DNA of 64,000 bases, from contig JBHGNT010000006.1 in the NCBI GenBank assembly GCA_043228905.1, forward strand, positions 6,944,001 through 7,008,000, given 5' to 3'. Below are positions 1-12,380 of the stretch, one piece after another. Position numbers and translations under genes: made by a program. The first letter of the stretch is position 1. Each line of letters starts with the position of its first letter. The DNA comes from Azolla caroliniana (Eukaryota > Plantae > Polypodiophyta). Under the pieces are notes generated by a model. It was given only the letters and a program-made list of their open reading frames with translations. It did no database searches and was not told where the DNA came from.

Positions 1-163
1 TGCATGTGTCGGCAAGGGGTGGGTGCGTGTTCTTTTCTCCCTCCTTTCGGTTGTTTTCGGCGTCCCGGAAATGGTGAATCACGACTTCCTACGCTCCGTC
101 ACTCCCTAGTCCAAGACCCTCGTGGTCCCGCCCTTCTACACGCACGCGCGTAACAACGCGACA
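1..163 (+). repeat. 5' LTR (partial, U5 end)
   Basis: Near-identical to 4537-4699; ends in CA 4 nt before the PBS. Confidence 0.9.
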
Positions 164-167
164 TATT

Positions 168-185
168 TGGTGAACCCGACGTGAA
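168..185 (+). promoter_or_regulatory. Primer-binding site, tRNA-Trp
   Basis: TGGTGAACCCGACGTGAA is the reverse complement of the plant tRNA-Trp 3' end TTCACGTCGGGTTCACCA. Confidence 0.85.
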
Positions 186-200
186 AGGCGGCAAGGGAGG

Positions 201-1136
201 ATGGAGTCGGAAGACGACGACCTTGCAGAGATGGTGGCCGAAGTGGTGTTGGAGTCGACACGAGTGGTGATAAGGCGAGAAGCAGCGCAACAAGCGGTTG
301 AGCGAGTGGTCGAAAGAGTCGACCGTTTCAACGGGGACAAAGTACCATCTTACTTGGAAGCCTACAACGCGGAAATGGAGGAGCGAGACGTGGCCGAAGC
401 GTTGAGGCTGGAGTTCTTCTGTCGGGCTGTCGTCGTCCGTATGCACGCGGAAGTGAAGGAGCTTCGAGAAGCTCATAGTTCGTGGGAGGCCTTTGAAGAG
501 GCGCTCCTGCAGGCATATGGAGGACGGCGAAAGAGCCGGGGACGGCACGACTTCGACCACTGGGTAGCATCAGCAAAGACCCACCGGGGCGCAACGAAGG
601 TGTTCCAAGAGTTCGAGCGACGGCTTGCTCGGCTCCGGGAGCGGGAACAAGGTTTGGTGGGGGTGGACAAGGTCCTATTGTTCGTAAGGTTGATCGACCG
701 AGCGGAACGGGAGGCCATCGGGATTGAGCTCGAAGACGATGACGGAGCGAATGGGCTTACAGAGGACTGGTCGAAGGTCAGAAGGGTGTGCCAACGGCTA
801 GACAACGAGCGAGCCGAGAAGGCTAAGAGGAAGGCGCGCAACGGCGTGCCATCACAGCGGGAAGAGGCCGAACGGCAAAGAGAGTCGGCAAGGGTCAGCG
901 TTGGTGCTAGGATTGCGGAGGCATATGTAGTTCTCGAGGAGATGCTCGAGGAAGAGGAAAGATCGAGGCGACAAGCCGAGACTAAGGAGACTGACTTGCC
1001 CCACGCGATGACGGAAGATCGGTACCACGGTACCACGGGAGAGGGTGCGGAACAAAATGCCCTCTCGACTTGCGGAGATAGAACAGCCAAGGAGGAAGCC
1101 GAGATACTGATCGCGGGATCAGAACGTTGGAACTAG
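201..1136 (+). CDS. gag: Gag-like protein (311 aa); frame continues past the TAG to at least 1568
   Basis: Aligns by eye with the N-terminal half of the group A Gag at 52829 (RFNG..V.SYLEAY..EM; VLLFV..ID..ERE.IG..LE...GLT.DW..V.R.C.R.D). ORF 1239-1568 is in the same frame. Confidence 0.75.
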   Translation: MESEDDDLAEMVAEVVLESTRVVIRREAAQQAVERVVERVDRFNGDKVPSYLEAYNAEMEERDVAEALRLEFFCRAVVVRMHAEVKELREAHSSWEAFEEALLQAYGGRRKSRGRHDFDHWVASAKTHRGATKVFQEFERRLARLREREQGLVGVDKVLLFVRLIDRAEREAIGIELEDDDGANGLTEDWSKVRRVCQRLDNERAEKAKRKARNGVPSQREEAERQRESARVSVGARIAEAYVVLEEMLEEEERSRRQAETKETDLPHAMTEDRYHGTTGEGAEQNALSTCGDRTAKEEAEILIAGSERWN

Positions 1137-1929
1137 TGGTGTCGAGCGTATCAGCCCGAAACCCCGGTCATTGGAGAAGCAAGCCCAAACGGGGCTTGCG
1201 CGATCGGTAAGGAGAAGACCGCCGACCGCGAAGAGCTAGTGGCTACGGACAAGGGCGTAAAATGGACGGGCGATTCTTTGCATCTTCCCACGCTTGCTCC
1301 CAAAACAACGGAAGTCAAGCCCGAGTGCCCACGTGACTCCCAGGAGGAAGAAGGCGGCCGCGAGAGACCAAGAATCACCGACGAGACGATACGGGGAAGG
1401 AGTCGACGAAAGCCCTCGAACCCGATTCCGGAGAACTCAGCGTTCGGGCCCTTATGCCCATTTGAGACCGAGGAGTTGGATGACGGTATCGAGGAATCCT
1501 GGCACGATGCCAGTGAAGGTGGATGGGAGATGGCCCGCGAAAAGGTCGACGAAGAGACCAAGGAATGAACCGACCGGGGACCGAACCACGCGATGCTCCG
1601 ATACGGGTGGAGCGTAATCCGGTCGTGGATTGTTCGATCGGGACCGGATTCGGCATAAAGGTGCCGATACGGGAGAGGGTGCGGGATGAGCCGCCCTCTT
1701 TTACATGGGGAGAAAGACCGACCGGGCGAAGGTCGGGAATTGGAAGGAGGGTGATCAGAGGTTCGGAACGAGTCTGGCAAGGTCGGCATCGGAGCCGAAA
1801 CTCCGGACATTGGAGAATCAAGCTCAGGTGGGGCTTGATTGATCACAGAGCGGATGCTATCCACCAACACCACTAAAAGGGGCGGTGGCCCGGACGAGTC
1901 GCCGAAAGACGTTGAGAAATCAGTTACGC

Positions 1930-3630
1930 CACATCCTATCCGGAGACTTCGGCTGTTCGGCCGACGGGGCAACGTAAGACCGAAAGAGATGGAAGATTGA
2001 GGGGGGAACGCAGCAAGGAGAGCGACGAAGAGTTTGGGAGAAGTACGGGGGATGAAGAGGAGAACGAAGACCAGTCCCATGAGATCTTCACACAGTTCCG
2101 GCTGTCGGCCCGAGTGCCGGCGTGATTCCTATAGGAGAGGTCGATGGCGATAGGAGAACGGGACCCGGCAATACAGAGAATGACGAATGGACCCAGATGA
2201 GAACTGGGCGGAGTGGACTCCCGGATAACCATTCCAGGAGGGAGGAAGAGATTAGGCCTATGAAGAGGCCGAGAACACGGTATGTCGATATCACGGGAGA
2301 GGGTGTGGAGCGAGCCACCCTCTCGGCTTACGAAGGAAGGAAGACCTAGGATAAGGGTCAGAGATACGATGAGCCGAGGAGGATCCTTCACACCGGATCC
2401 GGAGACTCCGGCGGTCGGCCCGAGAGCCGGCGTGAGACCTAGAGTGACGATTGGTGGTGGCGAGGGGATGAAGGCAAAGAACTGCGGATGGGCGGTTTTG
2501 CGAAGATCCTCACATCGATCCGGCTGTCGGCTCGAGTGCCAGCGTGAGTCCTATAGGAAAGGACGATGACGGAAGGTGAACGCGACCAACCGACGAGGCC
2601 AATGCGGAGGACGGAGGAGACAAGCAGCAATGCCGCGACCTTACATACACCGGCCCTAGAGGCTCTGGCAGTTGGCCTGAGTGCCGGCGTAAGGCCTAGA
2701 GCAACAGGCGGCAGCGGCAGCAAGGCGAGCAAACCGAGGTCCCACGAAGATCCTCACACTGATCTGGCGGTCGGCCCGAGAGCCGGCGTCAGTCCTATAG
2801 GAGAGGTCGGTGGGGGCAGGTGAACGTGATCAGACGACGGAAGCAGAGAAGGAAGGTATCAGGCCAGCGAAGCGGCTACAAACCAAATCGGACCGACCGG
2901 CAAGGTCACGGGCATAAGGGAGTCCGGTCGTACAGGATCCCCACACCAAACCAGACACTCCGGCAGTTCGGCCAACGTGGCAACATGAGATCGAGAGAGA
3001 AGGTTGGTGGCGGTGGGAAACGGGACCCGGCAACACGAAGGCGGGAACGGACTACACGGAAGACACGAGGAGAGTCGTGAAGGACTCTAGCAAAAGACAC
3101 CCGAATTTCGACAAACAGAGAAACAGAGTCCGGTCCTATGGGACCCTCACAATGATCCGGAGACTCCGACGGCCAGCTAACGGGAGTCGGCGTGAGACCT
3201 AGGGAGAAGGATGGTGGTGGCAGGGAATGGGACCCGACGACACGAGATAGCGGATCGGGAGTTGGTAAGACGGGGCGGACGAAGTGCGGAACCCTTACCG
3301 GCCAGTTACGGTTTCGGAAGGAGCAGGTAGGGGCAAACACGGGGAGGTGTGTCGGGTCGGAAAGGCACACCTGCGACGGAACAAGAGTCTCGCAAGTGGC
3401 CATCGTGGGCCGGATCGAAGCATGACTACGGGACGGTGTTCGGCACAGGCGTTGCCGAACAAAGGAAGCGGAAGACGGCACATGCAGGTGCCGGAGTGGA
3501 AAGGTGAGCGCGAAGAATGGGTCGCCCGGTTCGGAGGTCGTGCGTAGAAGACCGGAGAAGGAACCTCCACACCGTTCCAAAGGCCTTGGTAGTCCGAGCC
3601 GACGTGGCCACATAAGACCAAGGAGAAGGA
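1930..3630. repeat. Dispersed array of about 9 degenerate ~65-bp repeats with variable spacers
   Basis: Core GATCCTCACACCGATCCGGAGACTCCGGCAGTTCGGCC...GGCAACGTGAGACC near 1930, 2082, 2381, 2504, 2640, 2748, 2935, 3141 and 3560. Confidence 0.75.
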
Positions 3631-3963
3631 AGGTGGCGGCGAGGGGACGAAGGCAGCGGGGAACAATGCGGGACAACAATCAGGACCACGCGAATGGTCG
3701 ATGGAGGCTAGGCGGGCCACAACGGGCGTTCCTCAAGCGAAGGACATCGGATGACGGCGGAGAGCGGGGCGTGCATGCGGCCGAACAAGGGCTAGTGGAA
3801 GTACGTGTACTACGAAGATCGCGGCAAATGACCCATCGGCGGGTCGAACGAGCCAACGGGGAGGTATGCAGATTACGGAAGACCGGTTTCTCACCGACCG
3901 AAATCTCTCAACCTTCACCGGATTTGGCACGTACCGATGGACGTGCTATTAGGTGGGGGCGGA

Positions 3964-4699
3964 TGTCGTGAAGAATTTCGGCCAGAGGTGGAAACCTGGA
4001 AATATTGGCTACATCGGCGAGGTGCACCATGTGCACTCACCCTCGTATAATTGTGTCAATAATAGGAGTTAAGTCAGGACGAAGAATCCCATGTAAATCG
4101 GGATTTATCCCACATTGTAACGCATCCCTCTCCTTGTTCTATAAAAGGAAGGGATGGTCCCTTGTAGAAGGGTTGCCCATTTTGTATTAGTAAGTTATAC
4201 CGTTAGATGAAGAGACGTTCTCTTTTCCTCTTTCTCTCTTGTTTTAGGGTTTCTTCTTCTTCTCCTCCTCCTCTGCTTCTTCTTTGTCACTCTATGAGTC
4301 TAGCTTGATACCTGCAGGCTCCGGATCTGCCCTGTCTGCTGTGCAAGACCCCGCTCGGCGCGACGAGCCCGTGAGGTCCCCGACCGGCGGCTTGGCAGTA
4401 GACGACTGTTGTATCTTGGTTCTTGTAAATATACCTATGGAAGACTCTGCGTTTTTGGTGTCTGCGTGGGTGTTTTAGTATTTCCTTACTTCTGTTTCTG
4501 TACATAAGCGTGTGTGGGGTCTCGGCACTGTGTGTGTGCATGTGTCGGCAAGGGGTGCGTGCGTGTTCTTCTCTCCCTCCTTTCAGTTGTTTTCGATGTC
4601 CCGGAAATGGTGAATCACGACTTCCTATGCTCTGTCACTCCCTAGTCCAAGACCCTCGTGGTCCCGCCCTTCTACACGCACGCGCGTAACAACGCGACA
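3964..4699 (+). repeat. 3' LTR (736 bp)
   Basis: TGTCGTG...CGCGACA, preceded by a PPT; TATA CTATAAAAGG near 4139; right flank CCGG. Confidence 0.9.
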
Positions 4700-6513
4700 C
4701 CGGTTCTGGGAGATGGAGAAAACAAGCTCGTGGCTAACAATGGGGGCCCTGCAACGTACATTATCGACAAAAGAAGATTTACATTTTCGGCAAGCCATAC
4801 AATGTACGTCTTGTCTCAATGTCGGGCACTCGACAATAGAATGTACTATGTGGAGACAGTGCATGTTATGCCATTCTAGGGCGCACACAATGGACCGATG
4901 CGAATATAATTTCCTGAACCGGCAAGCACCGGTAAGGCAAATCGAACCCTAGAGTAACCGGGAGGAGGAAGAAGAACGTTGGCGGCGAGATGAGCGTTAC
5001 TGGCCAGTGCAAGATGTCTGGTACAATGACAGAAAAGACACTCATGATCGAGACCTGAAGGATAGCTACCGCGATTACAAGGGTGATCGATATGAGCAAT
5101 ACAACGGGGATCACTCCCCCGGTTACAACCAACGGAGGGAGGATCAAGGCACTTATGAAAACCGGCCCCGATAGGGTTACCGGAACAAAAAACGCTTCAA
5201 CAAAAAATGGAATGCTAGAAAGGAGGACCACCAATGGCAGCCAGACAAGGGCACACCGAGTACCCAACCGGACCAAGGCCAAGCACCTAACTGACCACCA
5301 ATAGGACCTCAACCGGGTATCGGAGCGAACGCCAAATCCAGCAACACCCGGAAAGCGTACTGGTACTATTGCCGACAAGAAGGACATTACAGTAATCAAT
5401 GTCTGGTTAAAAGCTACGAGAAACGACCAGTCGTAAATATGGTGGTAGCAGAAGTCGCCAACATACAACAAGTCACCACCAGGGAAAAAGGCAAATCACA
5501 AGAGGCAATCCGAAAGCAAGCCACTGAGTGGGTGAAGAAGGCAAATGAGCGGAATGTGGCTAAGCTTGAACATCAAAAGGAGAAACCTGAAGAGGCCACC
5601 AACACAATTCAGCCGGAAAACCCAACATGGCAAGCATTACAAGAATGTCAAATGACGCTGCCACTGGGTTCGGTTATTACAGCTAGTGCCCCGGTTTATA
5701 GAAGGGCTGAAATCAGGAATGACCACATCAAATCCGTCGTCGGCTCCTGCATTCTTCTCAAATCCAGAAGAAGGGCCAGCAGTGGTTGACACGAACAGTT
5801 TGGCAATCACCGCCATCGTCAAAGGACGAGAACTACCGGGGATGATTGTGGACAGAGGATCAAGCGTGAATGTAATTAGTGTATGGACTTGTAATACCCT
5901 AGGAATCCAGGAATGGGAGCCTTGCCTGTTTTGGCTCTAGATGGCGGATACAAGTTTGGTCAAACCTACCGGTTTGATACGGGATTTAGACGTAACTATC
6001 GGAGGACACGCATTCCGCATCTCGACGGTGGTTCTCCAGTTCAATGTGCAAGGGGATTACCCACTGTTGCTGGGCCGCCCATGGCTAAAAACGGTGCATA
6101 TCAAACAAAACTGGCGGAAAAACATGACTAGTGAAAAAAACTACATGGTTAAATCCCATAGTCATCGTGCCGAAAAAGAACGGTAAGATCCGGGTGTGCG
6201 TCAACTACCAGAAACTCAATGCGGCAACAGTGCCCAACACCTTTCCACTTCCATTTACGGATGGAGTCCTGGACACGGTAGACGGTCATGAAGTGTATAG
6301 CTTCCTAGATGGTTTCAATGTCTATAATCAAATAAGGATGCACCTCGACGACCAAGACAAGACGGCGTTCGTCACCGAATGGGGAGATTTCGTGGCAGTG
6401 GTAATGATGTTCGGGCTCAAGACCGCATCGGCGACCTTCCAACGAATAATCATGGAAATATTTGGCGAGTTCATCCAAGCATTCATGCAGGTATTCCTAG
6501 ATGACTTTGCCGT
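4700..6513 (+). pseudogene. Degenerate Athila-like gag-pol fragment (zinc knuckles, protease, RT), same family as 31615-41449
   Basis: ORF pieces 4713-4952, 5439-5789, 5686-6186 and 6131-6513 match parts of the 1943-aa polyprotein (MEKTSSWLT.G.LQR; FLDDFAV), with stops, frameshifts and a large deletion near 6130. Confidence 0.88.
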
Positions 6514-7197
6514 TGTCGTGAAGATTTCCGACTACGGTGTGAAACCGGGGTGGAAAGGGCAAGTCGGTGGTGTGCAACTTGTGCACATGTATAGTAGGGA
6601 AAGGAAACAGTGTATAGAATAAAGGGGGAGTATTTGTCCCACATTGTAAAGTCTCTCCCTCCTTGGGCTATAAAAGGAAGGGAGGGGTCCCTTTTGAAGG
6701 GTTGCCCATTTTGAGTCATAAGGGTATACCATTTTGTAGAGGGTCGTTTTGTTAAGAATTTCTAGGGTTAGTAACTGTCTTGTGGTCTTCTTTTTCTTCT
6801 CCTTCTTGAGAAGCTGGGCACAGTAGCCATGGTGGCAAAACACTGTCTGGGTTAAGTTCTTCTTCTTCTTCTTCTTCTTCTTCTTCTTCGTGTAGCCGGA
6901 TCGAAGCCGGGGTTGTATCTTCCCCCCCTTGTAATATATTTATTCATATCTGTTTGCGCATATTGGTGTCTCTAACAATGTCGGGTGTTTCTACCCCTTT
7001 TTGGTTTTCGTACATAAGAGTCGGTGGCACGCAAGCTCTCTCTCTCGTGTTCGGTAGCCTCCGGTACGGGTCTGGAGTCAGCTTCCCGCTCCTTCTCTTC
7101 CTGGTCTGAGATCCCCAGGGTCCCGCCCCTTTGACATGCACGCTCGTATTTACGTGACATCTTTGGTGAACCCAACGTGAAAGGGCGGCAAGGGAGA

Positions 7198-8620
7198 ATG
7201 GAGTTGGCAGAAGACGACTTCACACAACTTTTTGTCGAAGTGGTGAGGGAGTTTGGACGGGCAACAACAAGGAGAGAGACGGCGCAGCAAGCTGTTGAGC
7301 GAGTGGTCGAAAGAGTTGGCCGTTTCAATGGGGTCAACGTCCCATTCTACTTGGAAGCCTACAATGCGGAAATGGAGGAGCAAGACATAGACGAGGCATT
7401 GAGGTTGGGGTTCTTCTGTCGGGTCGTTGCCGTCCACATGCACGCGCAAGTGAAGGAGCTCCGAGAAGCTCATAGTTCATGGGAGGCCTTCGAAGAGGCG
7501 CTCCTGTAGGCATATGGAGGACGGCGGAAGAGTCGGGGGACGCGGCTTCGACCAGTGGGTGGCATCGGCGAAGACCCATCATGGTGCAACGAAGGTGTTC
7601 CGAGAGTTCGAGCGACGGCTTGCTCGGCTCTCGGAGCGGGAGCAAGGTTTGGTGGGGGCGGACAAAGTCCTGTTGTTCGTTAGGTCGATCGACCAAGCAG
7701 AATGAGAGGCCATCGGGATTGAGCTCGAAGACGAGGACGGAGCTAATGGCCTTACTGAGGACTGGTCGAAGGTCAGAAGGGTATGCCAACGACTAGATGA
7801 CAAGTGGGCCGAGAAGGCTAGGAGGAAGGCGCGCGACGGCACGCCATCACAGCGGGAAGAGGCCGAACGACAAAGAGAGTCGGCAAGGCTCGGCTTTGGG
7901 ACCGAGATTGCGGAGGCGTACGCAGCTCTCGAGGCAATGCTTGAGGAATAGGAAAAATCAAGGCCACAAGCCGACACCGAGGAGACGGACTTGCCCCACG
8001 AGATGGCAGAAGGTCGGTACGACAGTACGATAGGAGAGAGTGCGGAATGAAACGCCCTCTCGGATTGCGGAGATAGAACGCCCGAGGACAAGGCCGAGAT
8101 ACCGATCGAAGAATTAGAACGTTGGGATCGGCGATTTTGGGCACATCAGCCCGAAACTCCGGACATGGGAAAAGCAAACCCAGGCAGGGCTTGTGCAATC
8201 GGGAAGAAGACGGCCACCGACCACGAGGAGCCAGTGGCTACGAACAAGGGCGTAAACAGGATGGGCGATTCTACACATCTTCCCACGCTTGCTCCCGAGA
8301 CGATGGCAGTCGGGCTCGAGTGCCCACGTGAGTTCCAAGAGGAGGAAGGCGGTGGCGTGAGACCGAGAATCACCGACGAGACGATACGAGGAAGGAACGG
8401 ACAATAGCCCTCGGACCCGATTCCGGAGAACTCAGCATTCGGGCCCTTACGCCCACGTGAGACCGAGGAGATGGATGACGATATCGAGGAGTCCTGGTAT
8501 GATGCCAGTGAAGATGGATGGGAAATGGCCCGTGATAAGGTCAATGAAGGGACCTGGAAACAACCCAACCGGGGACCGAACCGCACGTTGCTCCGATTCA
8601 GGTGGAGCGCGATCCGGTCC
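7198..8620 (+). pseudogene. gag: Gag-like pseudogene
   Basis: ORF pieces 7177-7509, 7514-7705 and 8165-8407 are homologous to 201-1568. Confidence 0.78.
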
Positions 8621-9429
8621 TAGATTGTTCGACCGGGAGTAGAATCAACATGAGGGTGCCAATACGGGAGAGGGTGCAGAATGAGCCGCCCTCTTTTACA
8701 TGGGGAGAAAGACCGCTTGGGCGAAGGTCAGGAATCGAAAGGAAGGTGATCAAGGGTTTAGGGCGAATCCGGCGGGATCGGCATCGGAGCCGAAACTCTG
8801 AACATTGGAGAATCAAGCCTACGCGGGGCTTGGTAGATCACAGAGCGGATGCTATCCACCGACACCACCAAAAGGGTCGGTGGCCTGGGACGAGTCGCCG
8901 AAGGACGTTACGAAATCGGTTACCCCACATCTTGACTGGAGACTTCGGCAGTTCAAGCCAACAAGGCAACGTGAGTCCAGAAGAGAAGGGAGATGGTAGG
9001 GAAGCGTAAGGAAGGGATCAACAGTGATGGGGAAAAACGAAAGAGGCGGTTGACTGAAGTATGGGTCCTCCACACTCATTCCCGAGACTTAGGCGGTTGC
9101 GTCTGAGAACCAACGGAAGACCTAAGAGACGGAAAGTGGCGGCGAGGACGCGGAGGTCATGGCCAATACAACCGATTCGGAAGTGAAGAATGAAGACTGG
9201 TCCTATGGGTCACCTCACACCATGTTAGAGACTTCGGCAGTCGGCATCGGATCCGACATAAGACCAAGATACTGACGGTGGCAGCAGGAGAACGGGACAC
9301 GGCAATTCAAAGTGACGGTTGGACCAAGACGAGAACCGAACGGAGCGGACTTTCGGATAACCGGTCTGGAAAGGAGGAAGAGCCAAGCCTACGGAGAGGC
9401 TGCAACACGGTACATCAGTACCACAAGAG

Positions 9430-10135
9430 TGTTAGGAAACAGGTCCCTCCAGATGGGAAGTGAGAAGAACAATGTTGATGAGCAAACTCGGTTGAGGCCG
9501 AACCCGGATGACGAGTACCCGGCTACGGAAGACCCGGTGAGAACCGGATGACGAGTACCCGACAACGGAAGACCCGGTGAGAACCGGATGTGGAGTACCC
9601 GGCAACGGAAGACCCACTGAGAACCGGATGACGAGTGCCCAACAAGAGCCGGATGGTGAAGGCCCGGTGAGAAGTGCTCACCGGATGAAGGGACATATTC
9701 GTAAATATGTTTCTGAGAGTCCATCGGGGCTATATTTGTAAATAGCCGAAAAGTCATATTAGTATAAATATGACTTAGGGCAAACTTAGTGTGTAGTTGT
9801 TGTTGTTCTTGTTTGTGTAAGATTAGAGCGCGTAACTGTGTACAGAGAGAGAGAGAGAGAGAGGAAGAGGTCGTTGCCTCTGTTGTAACCGCCACTTGTG
9901 GCGAAGATAGCAAGCTCGAGGTCGTTGCCTCGATGCTTTACCATTGTACATTGTGATATAGTGATAGTTTGCAGTCTGTGGGCTGCCATGGTTTTTCCCT
10001 AGTTTGGGTTTTCCACGTTAACATCCTATGTACTCTTCTCTTCACTGTGTCGTGCATTCCTTACCCGTTATCTGTGTGTGATTCTAGGCTCGGTTGTGGC
10101 CGAGCGTTGTTCATCGGGAGCGTGTATTCCTGTCA
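9430..10135 (+). mobile_element. Ty1/Copia solo LTR
   Basis: TGTTAGG...CCTGTCA with 5-bp flanks AAGAG/AGGAG; homologous to the Copia LTR at 16588-17140; CCGG-rich ~39-bp tandem repeats at ~9500-9690. Confidence 0.85.
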
Positions 10136-12237
10136 AGGAGAAGGTGCGGAGTGAGTCACCCTCTCAACATGAGGAGAAGGATGACCCGGGACAGGGTCAG
10201 GAAGGCAAGACGAGGCCCAAGGAGGATCCTTCACACCGGATCTAGAGACTTTGGCAGTTGGCATCGGATCCGACGTAAGACCAAGAGACTGACGGTGGCG
10301 GTGAGGGGACGAGGGCAAAGGCAGCGTAAGACCGGTCCTATGGGTTCCTCACACCAATCCGGTGACACTGGCAATTCAAGCCAACGTGGCAACGTGAGAC
10401 CGAGTGTGAATGGCGGTGGCGGTAGGAAACGGGAACCGGTTATGGCGGAAGTGCGGATGGGCAATCCTACGGCGATCCTCACACCAATCCTGAGACACCG
10501 ACTGTTCAAGCCGACATGGCAACGTGAGACTAACTGAGAAGGATGGTGGCGGTAGGTGAACAGGATCAAGCAGGAGGCAAAGGCAAAGCAGGAAGGAGGT
10601 ATCGGGCCGGCACGGTGGCCACTAACCGACCTAGCCGGAAGACAACGCGGAAGTCGGGAGAAGGAAAGAGAGACGGTCCTATGGGTTCCTCACACCAATC
10701 CAGAGACACCGGTAGTTCAAGCCAACGTGGCAACGTGAGACCGAGTGAGAAGGATGGTGGCGGCAAGAAACGGGAACTAGTGATGCAGGAAGAGCGGACT
10801 AGGAGCTCGCAAGGCCAGAGTTGACGAGGGCTGAACCCTTACCAGTCAGTTACGGTTTCGGAAGGAAGCCGATGAGGGCCAAGCATGGAGCGGAACAAGA
10901 GATGTGTGAGTGGCCATCGAGGGCCGAAGCAAGCATGAGTACGGGACGGTGTTCGGCACGGGTGGTGCCGAACAAGGACGGCGGAAGACGGCACACGGTG
11001 GTGCCGGGAACGAGGTAACGTGCGCGCAAAGGACTACACGGGTCAAAGCCCGGAAATGATGTCACGGGCCGGAGAAGGATCCTCCACACCCCCTTCGGAG
11101 ATCTTGGCGGCTTAGTCAGAGTGACAACATCTGGCGTGGTGAGCCAATCCCGACATGACAAGCTGGTGGGGGGAGGGGACGACGGCAAGCGGAAGGCTCT
11201 GGACTAGTCGCAGCGACGCGAGACGAAAGGGAGCCAAGCGGGCTACTATGGGGTGTTCCTCGGACACGGACGACACCGGTATGCAGAGAATAATGACGAC
11301 ACCCGAAAAGAGCTTACGGGAGGCAAGCGTGGAACGAAGGGAGTCGATACGAGGTGTTCGGGGTGAGGAGAAGGTTGAGCCGGAGAAGAAACACACGCGA
11401 CACGCAAGGAGAGGCATTCGGCGAGCAATCGAAGTAACCGGGGGTCTAACCGGAGGACATGCACGGTGAGCAAAGGAAGAGAGACCGGTGTCGTGGAGAA
11501 AACCGTCCCTAGGTGGAAACTAGGTATAACGTGCGTAAACCGGCCCTTACACGTGGGCACAAGCTGCTCTCTTCCCTCTATGTCACGCCCCCTTGATTCA
11601 CGGTCCCCGCGGTCCTGCCTCTTTCCGAATGCGAAGAGCATAACAACACGACATATTTGGTGAACCCGACGTGAATAGGCGGCAAAGGAGTGAAGGATGA
11701 GGGAATCCAAGCTTGCTAAAGCTATGGTCGTAGCCGTCGACCGGCTAGTGAGCGTTCGCAAGGGAACGGGTACCCTCGACAGGGCCATTGAGTCGATCGT
11801 CTGCACCATAGGTCGATTCGGTGGGAAGAATGCCACGAGCTACATGGAGACCTACCGGGCCGAAATGATCATGAGGGATATCTCGGTGCACATGCAGTTG
11901 TCCGGATTCCCTCGGGTAGTGACTCTGAGCATCCACGCAGAGGTGCTCGAGGTGTTGGACGGATGCCGAACTTGGGAGGAGTTTGAGTTGCGGCTCCTCA
12001 AGATGTATGGGTTGGATGACTCGCTTCGGCTGTCAAAGCGAGACTTCATGGTGTGGGTTGAGAGCCCAGGGAAGTGGAGAAACGCATCGGTGCTCCTCCA
12101 GGAGTTCGAGAAACGGTTGGCACGGTTGTCAACGCTGGACTGGACCGTGCTCGACACAAGCCGGGTACTACTGTTCGTCAAGGCGGTGGACACCATGGAC
12201 CGGGAGAAGGTGGCTCTCCTGTTGGAAACGGACGAAG

Positions 12238-12341
12238 TGTCAGGAGCAATACTAAGACAGAGAAGGAATTAATACTAAAAGAAGTATTAGTACTAAGAGA
12301 GGTGAAGAGCTCTCGAGAGAAGGAAAGAGTGAGTGAGAGGA

Positions 12342-12380
<39 letters not shown>

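Larger units (their letters stand above)
1..4699 (+). mobile_element. Non-autonomous gag-only (TR-GAG-like) LTR retrotransposon, copy 1; 5' LTR cut by the window edge
   Basis: 1-163 matches 4537-4699 (LTR end ...AACGCGACA). tRNA-Trp PBS at 168-185, gag-like ORF at 201-1136, no RT/RH/IN motifs, PPT AGGTGGGGGCGGA at 3951-3963, 3' LTR 3964-4699 (TG...CA). Confidence 0.85.
6514..11488 (+). mobile_element. TR-GAG-like element copy 2 (LTR 6514-7159, PBS 7164-7181, decayed gag from 7198, repeat array ~8920-11130); 3' end interrupted
   Basis: TGTCGTG...CGTGACA LTR, Trp PBS with one mismatch, internal sequence collinear with 201-3900 but with many stops; left flank CCGT. Confidence 0.82.

Noticed and set aside
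1930-3630. CRISPR array, or hammerhead/twister ribozyme array
   Set aside because: Repeats are degenerate, spacers vary widely in length and there are no cas genes. The hammerhead CUGANGA/GAAA core and the twister GUCCYAAGCC loop are absent.
1151-3971. Long ORFs in the TR-GAG internal region (for example 1151-2080 minus, 2906-3679 minus) as genes
   Set aside because: GC-rich, stop-poor sequence; frames are not conserved among the three copies and no motifs are recognisable.
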